Positions 35,922 to 43,405 of a DNA stretch of 43,405 nucleotides are shown here, piece by piece. This DNA comes from Verrucomicrobiia bacterium (lineage in GTDB: Bacteria > Acidobacteriota > Terriglobia > Acidiferrales > UBA7541). A program made the translations under genes and the position numbers. The notes under the pieces are model-generated. The model worked only from the letters and a program-made list of their open reading frames with translations. It searched no databases and was not told the origin of the DNA. The DNA lies in contig DATMRE010000109.1 in NCBI GenBank assembly GCA_035566475.1, positions 1-43,405 on the forward strand. The letters run 5' to 3'. The stretch's first letter is position 1; each line of letters starts with the position of its first letter.

Positions 35922-37373
35922 ATGGCGCGCGGAGGGGGACGGATTCTGCTTCTCATGCTTCTCGGCGCGCTCTTATTTGCGGCGCAGGTCCGCGCTCAGT
36001 TCGCCCGGCCGGCCGGGGCACCTCCCGCTGTCTCGGCGAACCTTTCGCAGCTCGAGAGCGATGCCATCCTCTGGCTACAAGCGCTTCTCCGCATCAATAC
36101 AACGAACCCTCCGGGCAATGAACTCGCCGCCGCAAAATATATCGCCAGCATCCTGGACAAAGATGGAATCCATTCCGAGATGTTCGAAAGCACGCCCGGG
36201 CGCGGATTTCTTGTGGCCCGACTGGCGTCGAGCGCCACGCCGGACCCGTCGAAGGCCTTGTTGCTGATGGGCCACCTGGATGTCGTCGGCGTGGACAAGG
36301 CGAACTGGACGGTCGACCCGTTTGGCGGCGTTGTCAAGGACAACTACCTGTACGGCCGCGGCTCAATTGACGACAAGGGAATGACGATCGCAAATCTCGC
36401 GGTCTTCCTGGCCCTGAAGCGCTCGGGCGCGCGGCTGAACCGCGATGTCATCTTTCTTGCCGAAGGTGACGAAGAGGCCGGTGGCGAAGCGGGCATGAAA
36501 TTCGTCGTCGAGAAGCACTGGGACAAAATCGCCGCTGGCTATGCGATCAACGAAGGAGGCCGGGTTGTTCAGAAAGACGGCAAAATTCAGTACGTGGGCG
36601 TCCAAGCCAGCGAAAAAGTGTCTGTGAATGTGGACGTGATCGCCAAGGGAACATCGGGACACGCCTCTGTACCTCGCAAGGACAACCCCGTCGTGCACAT
36701 GGCCGCCGCGATCGCCAAGATCGGAACCTATGAAGGTCCCGTGCAGCTCAATTCCGTGACCCGGGCCTATTTCGAAGCCCTCTCGCAGGGTGGAGACGAC
36801 GACACCAGCAAATGGATGCGTGCGCTCGAATCCTCGGACCGAGCCGACCACGCAGCCCGATGGCTCTCGGACGCAAATCCGAGCTGGAATTCGATGCTGC
36901 GCGATACGATTGCGCCGACGATGCTTCAGGCCGGCATCCGCAACAATGTCGTACCGTCGGAAGCGCGCGGCGTTTTGAACATCCGCCTCCTTCCCGGCAA
37001 TCTGGTCGACCCGGTACTAAGCAAGCTGCAGCAGCTCGTGAACGACCCTCAGGTTCATTTTGAAATCGAGCCGGGCGCCGGAGAAAACGCACCTTCATCC
37101 TCGCTCACCTCGGATCTGTACAATACGATCTCACGCGTCGCCGCGCAGCAATTTGGCGGGGCGAAGGTCGTGCCATACATGTCCACGGGCGCGACCGATT
37201 CCATGCCACTGCGCCTGCGAAATGTCCAGGCCTATGGATTGCTTCCCTTCCCGCTGACCGAAGACGACCTTTCGCGGTTCCATGCCGACAACGAGCGCAT
37301 TCCGATCGATTCGTTCCGCAAGGGAATCGAATTCTTGTCCGGCATCGTGAACGATTTTGCAGTCGCAAAATAG
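35922..37373 (+). CDS. secreted M20/M25/M40 family metallopeptidase
   Basis: Signal peptide MARGGGRILLLMLLGALLFAAQVRAQ. Metal and catalytic motifs are present: LLMGHLDVV, GRGSIDDKG, LAEGDEEAGG. GGGAGG lies upstream of the ATG. Confidence 0.85.
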   Translation: MARGGGRILLLMLLGALLFAAQVRAQFARPAGAPPAVSANLSQLESDAILWLQALLRINTTNPPGNELAAAKYIASILDKDGIHSEMFESTPGRGFLVARLASSATPDPSKALLLMGHLDVVGVDKANWTVDPFGGVVKDNYLYGRGSIDDKGMTIANLAVFLALKRSGARLNRDVIFLAEGDEEAGGEAGMKFVVEKHWDKIAAGYAINEGGRVVQKDGKIQYVGVQASEKVSVNVDVIAKGTSGHASVPRKDNPVVHMAAAIAKIGTYEGPVQLNSVTRAYFEALSQGGDDDTSKWMRALESSDRADHAARWLSDANPSWNSMLRDTIAPTMLQAGIRNNVVPSEARGVLNIRLLPGNLVDPVLSKLQQLVNDPQVHFEIEPGAGENAPSSSLTSDLYNTISRVAAQQFGGAKVVPYMSTGATDSMPLRLRNVQAYGLLPFPLTEDDLSRFHADNERIPIDSFRKGIEFLSGIVNDFAVAK

Positions 37374-37384
37374 AGTAACCAGGA

Positions 37385-38803
37385 ATGCAAAACCGCAGGG
37401 CCAAGATCGTCTGTACTCTCGGACCGGCCAGTTCATCCGCACAGATGATCGACGGCCTGGTCGATGCGGGAATGGATGTTGTGCGTTTGAATTTTTCGCA
37501 CGGGACGCATGCCGAGCATGCGCGTTCGGTCGTGCTGGTCCGCCGGGCGTCGGCGAAATATCAGAAGCCCATCGCGGTTCTGGCAGACCTGCAAGGTCCG
37601 AAAATCCGCACGGGGGCCCTCGAGCGTGGCCTGCCGGTACGGCTGCGCTTCGGCCAGCGGTTCGTCATTACAACCAAAACGATAATTGGCACCTCCCAGG
37701 GCGTCAGCACCACGTTCCGCGGACTGCCTGAGGCGGTGCGCAAAGGCGATCCGATTCTACTGAAAGACGGCGAGATTGCCTTGCGCGTGCTCTCGGCACG
37801 CGGGCGCGATGTAGTCTGTGAGGTCGAAAATGGCGGCGATCTCCCGGAGCATCAAGGAATCAATCTCCCCGGCGCGAAGTTGAAGATTCCTTCGCTCACG
37901 CGGAAAGACCGCGAAGACCTGGCGTTCGCTCTTGACCTGTCTGCCGACTATGTCGCGCTCAGCTTCGTCCGCACCGCCGCCGACGTCCGCGCGGCGAAGA
38001 CGGCGATCGCGCGCGCCGGTCAAAACACACCGGTGATTGCGAAGCTCGAGAAACCGGAAGCCATCGAAAACCTGGATGACATTCTGATTGCCGCCGATGG
38101 CGTCATGGTGGCGCGCGGTGATTTGGGCGCAGAGATGAGCCCGGAAAAAGTGCCCGTCGTGCAAAAGCAGATCATTTCGCGGGCACGCAACGCGCTCGTC
38201 CCCGTGATCACGGCGACGCAGATGCTGGAATCGATGCGGGAGAATCCGCGGCCGACACGCGCGGAAGCTTCTGACGTCGCGAACGCCGTTTTCGACGGAA
38301 CGGACGCACTGATGCTCTCGGGTGAAACTGCCACGGGACGGTATCCGCGTGAATCGGTGAAGATGATGGATCGCATCATTTGCGAAGCCGAGGCGAGCGT
38401 CACGGAGCCGCTGCGGCCGGAGCGGCTGACCGAACTCCAGATCGGCGAAGCGATCGCCGAGGCGATCTGCCATGCCGCCGAAGAACTGCGCATGAGGCTG
38501 GTCGTGGTGTTCACGGAAACAGGCTTCTCCGCACGGCTGGTTTCGAAGTACCGCCCGCGCGCGCCGATTGTTGCCTTTTCCCCGAACCAGGGCACCCGCC
38601 GGCGGCTCGGCCTTCTATGGGGCGTGCGGCCGAGGCGAATCGCTCGCGTACATAACATCGATCAGCTTGCGAGGTTGGCCGAGCAGCGCCTGCGACAAGA
38701 ACGGCTGGTCAACCCCGGCGACATCGTGGGGATCATCTCCGGAACGCCGTTCGGTGCCCGCGGCACAACAAACCTGATGCGTCTGCTTCGCATTGGCGGC
38801 TAG
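37385..38803 (+). CDS. pyk: pyruvate kinase
   Basis: Motifs KIVCTLGPAS, VRLNFSHG, MVARGDLG and MLSGETA are present. It starts 11 nt after the M20 gene. Confidence 0.95.
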   Translation: MQNRRAKIVCTLGPASSSAQMIDGLVDAGMDVVRLNFSHGTHAEHARSVVLVRRASAKYQKPIAVLADLQGPKIRTGALERGLPVRLRFGQRFVITTKTIIGTSQGVSTTFRGLPEAVRKGDPILLKDGEIALRVLSARGRDVVCEVENGGDLPEHQGINLPGAKLKIPSLTRKDREDLAFALDLSADYVALSFVRTAADVRAAKTAIARAGQNTPVIAKLEKPEAIENLDDILIAADGVMVARGDLGAEMSPEKVPVVQKQIISRARNALVPVITATQMLESMRENPRPTRAEASDVANAVFDGTDALMLSGETATGRYPRESVKMMDRIICEAEASVTEPLRPERLTELQIGEAIAEAICHAAEELRMRLVVVFTETGFSARLVSKYRPRAPIVAFSPNQGTRRRLGLLWGVRPRRIARVHNIDQLARLAEQRLRQERLVNPGDIVGIISGTPFGARGTTNLMRLLRIGG

Positions 38804-38961
38804 CAGGATGCAGCAACGCCTGGTCGGCCGGGCAGCAGCCGGCCCGCGAATAGATCTTGGTGCCACGGTCGGCGGCCTGGGCCACCGTCGAGAGCGAGAA
38901 CACCCGCCGCATCCATTCTTATTCCGCCATCATCGGCGCGGGAGGAAATTTCCCGGAGCAG

Positions 38962-39738
38962 TCAGTTGACCCAGTTGTCGGGTCGGGAAGGCGGTTTGTC
39001 GCGATGGTCGCGGACGTAGACCTCGAATTTCTTGCGCAGCCGGCGACGCTTCCAATCCTCGAGAGAATTCCGGACGTTGTAGAGGAACGAGCCGCGGCGC
39101 AGATACAGATAGCCTACGAACATTCCTCCGAGGTGACAGATGTGGCTCACGTTGTCGCCCGAAGAGCCGATCGTCCCGAAGAACTCGATGGCCCCCATGA
39201 CGATCACAAACACCCGCATGGAGACGGTCACGGGCAAAGGAAAGACCCAGACCTGCCGGTGAGGCATCACCACGGCAACGGCCAGCAGGATGCCGTAGAT
39301 CGCGCCAGAAGCGCCGATCGTCGGCTCCAAGGAGCTGCCGAGCCCACGCGGGTCGAGGATCGTCTTTACGATCACGTTGATGACGCCGGCACCGACACCG
39401 CACAAAAAGAAATAGGTGTAGAACCGGCGAGCACCCCATGTGTGCTCGAGATCGGCTCCGAACATGGCGAGATAGAGAAGATTCAGAAGAATGTGCAGAA
39501 TCCCGGCGTGGAGAAACAGGTAGGTGAATGGCTGCCAGATGAACCCATGGATCACGGCATTGGGCACCAAGCCAAACCAGTCGAGCCAGAATTTCCATCC
39601 TGGCTGACGGAAAAGCAGTTGCGAAAGTTCTTGAAGGATGAAAACCCCGACGCAAATCAGGCACAGGGTCTTGATGGCGCGCGGAAAGTATCCGCTGATG
39701 TCAAATCGGTAACCATATCCGCGCGAGAAGGATCCCAC
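38962..39738 (-). CDS. rhomboid family intramembrane serine protease
   Basis: Multi-TM protein with the catalytic GASGAIYG (GxSG) and the downstream HLGGMFVG histidine motif. GTG start. Confidence 0.9.
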   Translation of the reverse strand: MGSFSRGYGYRFDISGYFPRAIKTLCLICVGVFILQELSQLLFRQPGWKFWLDWFGLVPNAVIHGFIWQPFTYLFLHAGILHILLNLLYLAMFGADLEHTWGARRFYTYFFLCGVGAGVINVIVKTILDPRGLGSSLEPTIGASGAIYGILLAVAVVMPHRQVWVFPLPVTVSMRVFVIVMGAIEFFGTIGSSGDNVSHICHLGGMFVGYLYLRRGSFLYNVRNSLEDWKRRRLRKKFEVYVRDHRDKPPSRPDNWVN

Positions 39739-40384
39739 GGTCCTTAAGTCTAAAGATTTGCCGGCGCTTAGTCAAAGACGTTGGGGACGTAAGCGACATA
39801 CCCCCCTCGACGGGAATCCTCCTCCGGTGGATGCGGCTCTGGGGCGATGATCAGCGCGCGCCCGGGTTTCCCATTTCCTTGAAAAACCAGACCATTCCGG
39901 ACAAGATTGCTCAATTGAAGAGCGCGACCGGAACGCCGGAAATTCTCAGCTGCGCGAACTCCCACGAGTTGTGCGAGAGCTCCTGGTCGTCCGGCGGAGG
40001 CGCCCGCCGAATCAGCGCATTCGCAGCGCCAGGATATCGAAACATGAATTCACAGGTCGCTCAACTTGTTCCCCGGGTCTGACTCAGAGCCGGGGGTCGA
40101 GACGCAGGTCCTCAAAAGTACCCGCCTCGCGCGCAAGCGAATCTTCAACCCCCGAGGTGTACGCGAAAATATAGTTCTGATCTGTCCGGCCCGCATGAAA
40201 TCGGACGGGTATTTCCCGCGACCCTGACACTCATGGAATCGATGAGTTGCCTTCCGGGAATATGTGCTTTACAACTAGAGACGCCCTAAAATAGAGATCC
40301 CAGTTGGCCTGAGTACGAGAGTGGGGCCGGCACCGACAGGTGCGAGCAAAGAGGCTGCCGAGACAATCGGCGAGGAGATCACCC

Positions 40385-41287
40385 ATGTACGTCGTTACAG
40401 GAGCGACAGGAAATACCGGACGGGTTGTAGCTGAGAAACTGCTCGAAAAAGGCGGGAAGGTGCGGGTCCTGGGCCGTGATGCGAAGCGGCTGGAGCGATT
40501 GACGCAGAAGGGTGCGGAGGCATTCGTCGCTGACGTCACCGACGCAGGCGCACTCACGAAGGCACTTTCAGGCGCCAGCGCGGTGTACGCGATGATACCG
40601 CCCAACATCGCTGCCCCGGATGTTCTCGCCTTCCAAGACCGGGTGAGCGACGCCCTCGCAGGCGCGATCGAGAAAACAGGTCTAACGCATGCCGTTGTTC
40701 TGTGCAGTTTCGGTGCGGAAAAACCGGCCAAGACGGGCCCCGTGGTGGGTCTGCACCGTCTCGAGGAGAAACTCAACGGGATCGCCGGGCTAAATGCGCT
40801 TTACCTGCGAGCCGGTTACTTCATGGAAAACGTCCTGCCGCAGGTCGGTGTGATTCAGACCTTTGGCAATCTCGCCGGCCCAGTCCGTCCGGATCTGCCG
40901 CTGCCGATGATCGCAAGCCGTGATATCGGCGCCGCGGCTGCCGAAGCCCTGTTGAAACCGGACTTCGAGGGAAAGCTCTTTCGTGAACTACTCGGGGCTC
41001 GCGACGTCACCTACGCGGAGGTTGCGAAGATCCTGGGCGCTGCGATCGGCAAACCCGGCCTCGGGTATGCGCAATTGCCCGCGGCCCAGTTGAAACCTGC
41101 TCTCGTCCATATGGGAATGTCTTCCAACATGGCGGATCTGTTGCTCGAAATGGCGGATGCACTGAATTCGGGCTACATGACGCACCAGGAGGCGCGCTCG
41201 AGAGATAACACAACGCCGACGACGTTCGAGACCTTCGTAGCTGAAGTTTTCGTCCCGGCCTATCGGGGGCAAGCGGCTCGCGCCTAG
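40385..41287 (+). CDS. NmrA-like / NAD(P)H-binding atypical short-chain dehydrogenase family protein
   Basis: MYVVTGATGNTGRVVAEKLLEKGGKVRVLGRD forms a Rossmann GxxGxxG. ATG 40385 follows GAGGAG. Confidence 0.85.
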   Translation: MYVVTGATGNTGRVVAEKLLEKGGKVRVLGRDAKRLERLTQKGAEAFVADVTDAGALTKALSGASAVYAMIPPNIAAPDVLAFQDRVSDALAGAIEKTGLTHAVVLCSFGAEKPAKTGPVVGLHRLEEKLNGIAGLNALYLRAGYFMENVLPQVGVIQTFGNLAGPVRPDLPLPMIASRDIGAAAAEALLKPDFEGKLFRELLGARDVTYAEVAKILGAAIGKPGLGYAQLPAAQLKPALVHMGMSSNMADLLLEMADALNSGYMTHQEARSRDNTTPTTFETFVAEVFVPAYRGQAARA

Positions 41288-41299
41288 TTTCAAATCTAT

Positions 41300-41321
41300 T
41301 TGGTTGGTTGGTTGGTTGGTT
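41300..41321. repeat. tetranucleotide microsatellite (TTGG) x5.5
   Basis: TTGGTTGGTTGGTTGGTTGGTT lies 13 nt after the NmrA-like stop, in a convergent intergenic spacer. Confidence 0.9.
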
Positions 41322-41753
41322 CGCTGCTCCTCCGCCGCAACGTCGGCTCGCGGCGGCACTGTCTGCCGGTGCCGTCGATGGGGAACCCGCCGAGTGAACG
41401 CCTGCGAGGTTCGGAATCAAGATACCGAGCGTTGAGGATGGGACCGCCCCTGGCGCGGGCTCAGGTCTTGTGCCGAGGATCCTCTTCATGAGCCGGGCGA
41501 GACCTCTCGAACCGTTCCGCGCTGTCGTTTTCGAACTACGATGGCATGGTCCTGCTACCGGTAGGGTCTGTTGATTCCGGCGTTCGAACCACTTCCGGGG
41601 TGCGAGTTTGCGAAGTCGGCGTACCTCCGGTCTCTCGACCAGCACGACTCCAGGACAGGATTCATGCTGGCAAGTTCCTTGCCGAATGGCGACCTGAGGC
41701 TCGCTCGAGTTGCCCCATGACTCCGTGATACATCGGGTTCGGCGCACAGGGAA

Positions 41754-43405
41754 CTACAATTGGCCCAGTTTCTTGCGGGCGGCCACAGATAGGCTGATCG
41801 CGAGCAGCACAAATAGGGCGACGCCTAGGAGCGGGACCTGGCTCAGGTGAGGCATGAACCTTTCACCGAACGCGAACATTTTCGCCGGCCAGGGCAGGCG
41901 CAATGTGCCCGTGACCCAGTGCGGAAGTCCCCGGCTGAGTTCGGGATCCTGAAACAGGTTGATAACAATGGCGAGCAAGCCAAAAACGCCACCGGCGGCG
42001 ATCAATCCGCTCGCGTAGAGTGAGCCGGAGCTCACTTCGCTTTCCGCGTCACTCTTCGGCTCCTTGCCGCGCTCGGTGAGCCAGCGCACCAAGCCGCCGG
42101 CAAACATCGCCATCGTCGTCGCGATCGATATGTAGGAGCCCACGGCAAACGGAAGAGAGCGAACGCCCAGCAACTCTACGGCGATCACGAGGAAGACGCC
42201 GAGAAACACCAGCCGCCACGGAAGCCGGCGGTTCAGGATTCCATTGATAACCGTGGCCATCAGCCGCGCCTGCGGAGCTGCCGCTTGAGCGCTGCCAATT
42301 CCTTGCACCCACTGAACCTCGATGTGATGCGAAGCGGGGTCGTAGAGGTATTTTCCATCGGGGATTTCGCGCGAGCCGATGGCGTTCACGAGGACATACG
42401 TCCTGCCGTTGTGCGTGAAATTGTCCTGCTGCAGCTCGACGCCGGAAGGCAGGTGGTTGATATCGAGCGCGATCTGGATCGGCTCATACTGCTCCAAACC
42501 CTTGTTCATAAGAATCAGTGTAAAACCAATCGCGAGCGATGAAACCATGACGCCGATGACGAGCCCGATCTGCTGCCAGTGGGGGGTCGCTCCGACCAGA
42601 TAGCCGGTTTTCAAATCCTGAGACGTTGCGCCCGCAATCGCCGAGGCGATGCACACCACGCCGCCGATCGTCAGCGCCAGCACGGCATAGGCATTCGCCG
42701 TCCAGCCGGTGACGAGGAACATCGCGCAGGTGGCCATCAACGTTGCGATCGTCATTCCGCTGACCGGATTCGAGGAGTTTCCGATCAGCCCGCTGATTCG
42801 TGAAGCGACGGTAACGAACAAAAATCCGAACACCACCACAAAAACTGCTGCAATTAAGTTCGCGAAGGCTCCCGTCTGCGCTCCGGGAATCGGCTTGAAC
42901 TTCAGAAGCGCCCACATCATGGCCAGGATGGCGGCCGAACCGACCAGCACAACTCGCATCGAAAGGTCGCGATCGGTACGGCTCGCAACCGAGGTCTCGG
43001 TTTGTTTCGCACGCACGTCTTTCAGTCCGGCGGCGAGCGCTGAAAAAATCGTCGGCATCGTCTTGATCAGCGTTATGAGTCCGGATGCAGCTACTGCCCC
43101 AGCACCCATCGGGCGGATGTAACTCGCCCAAAGCTGGTCAGGAGTCATTTGGGGGATCGGCACCGTGCTCGGATAAAGGGGAACGGAGGGCGCGAGCGAG
43201 CCGAAGAATCGAATCGCGGGCATCAGCACCAGCCAGGAGATGACCCCGCCACCGAACAGCGTGCCCGCCACGCGAGGCCCGATTATGAAGCCGACACCGA
43301 GATACTCGGACGTGATCGCGGCGCGAAAGGAAGCGCCGGGCAACCATGGAGGCCGGTATTCGGGCTGCCCCGGCCACATCCCGAGCGTATTCATAGCGAA
43401 CGTGT
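41754..43405 (-). CDS. OPT-family oligopeptide transporter, N-terminus outside the window
   Basis: Polytopic membrane protein with OPT-like blocks (EYLGVGFIIGPRVAG, SQDLKTGYLVGATP, LYASGLIA). The frame stays open from the ATG at 43394 to the window edge, and the usual N-terminal TM segments are missing, so the gene probably continues beyond 43405. Confidence 0.85.
   Translation of the reverse strand, partial: TFAMNTLGMWPGQPEYRPPWLPGASFRAAITSEYLGVGFIIGPRVAGTLFGGGVISWLVLMPAIRFFGSLAPSVPLYPSTVPIPQMTPDQLWASYIRPMGAGAVAASGLITLIKTMPTIFSALAAGLKDVRAKQTETSVASRTDRDLSMRVVLVGSAAILAMMWALLKFKPIPGAQTGAFANLIAAVFVVVFGFLFVTVASRISGLIGNSSNPVSGMTIATLMATCAMFLVTGWTANAYAVLALTIGGVVCIASAIAGATSQDLKTGYLVGATPHWQQIGLVIGVMVSSLAIGFTLILMNKGLEQYEPIQIALDINHLPSGVELQQDNFTHNGRTYVLVNAIGSREIPDGKYLYDPASHHIEVQWVQGIGSAQAAAPQARLMATVINGILNRRLPWRLVFLGVFLVIAVELLGVRSLPFAVGSYISIATTMAMFAGGLVRWLTERGKEPKSDAESEVSSGSLYASGLIAAGGVFGLLAIVINLFQDPELSRGLPHWVTGTLRLPWPAKMFAFGERFMPHLSQVPLLGVALFVLLAISLSVAARKKLGQL

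Noticed and set aside
38826-38844. GGCCGG-N7-CCGGCC hairpin after pyk as a possible terminator.
   Set aside because: The stem is only 6 bp and there is no T-run. Such GC palindromes are frequent in this sequence.
41575-41600. GTTCGAAC string resembling a tRNA T-loop.
   Set aside because: The flanking bases cannot form a 5-bp T-stem on either strand, and there is no acceptor or anticodon arm context. It is not a tRNA.

Overview
This is a GC-rich bacterial chromosomal window dominated by housekeeping and envelope genes. The gene content (a VWFA-related secreted protein of the type common in Acidobacteria, DinB-family proteins, UPF0182, zinc-ribbon/RDD proteins) suggests Acidobacteriota, but that is only an inference. 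I call about 36 protein-coding genes. Left to right they are: a PadR-like mini-operon; a SnoaL-like/DinB/cupin cluster; a two-subunit molybdopterin oxidoreductase (IorAB-like); a UPF0182 membrane protein; a secreted MBL-fold hydrolase; a CzcA/CzcB-type RND efflux pair led by a small membrane protein; LysR with a short leuA and leuB; two tandem zinc-ribbon/RDD paralogs; a Rieske oxygenase; a secreted metallophosphoesterase plus an O-methyltransferase; sucA; a second DinB gene; a zinc-ribbon protein plus rpsU; glgC; eno-gpmI; a VWA protein; an M20 peptidase followed by pyk; a rhomboid protease; an NmrA-like protein; and a truncated OPT transporter. I found no rRNA, tRNA, CRISPR array, transposase, integrase or phage gene. 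I see no convincing novel multi-gene system. The best leads are: (a) a textbook intrinsic terminator at 22346-22381 on a strand where no gene ends, closing about 290 nt of structured non-coding sequence (candidate ncRNA or long attenuator leader); (b) an RND efflux pair with no outer-membrane factor gene, led by an unrecognised 2-TM protein; (c) a LysR-linked leuA-leuB pair in which LeuA lacks its regulatory domain and leuCD are absent; (d) tandem zinc-ribbon/RDD paralogs; (e) a compensated +1/-1 frameshift pair at T-runs inside a SnoaL-like gene. Three gene-free gaps of about 0.6 kb also remain unexplained. All family assignments rest on motifs I recognised in the translated ORFs; no database search was run.
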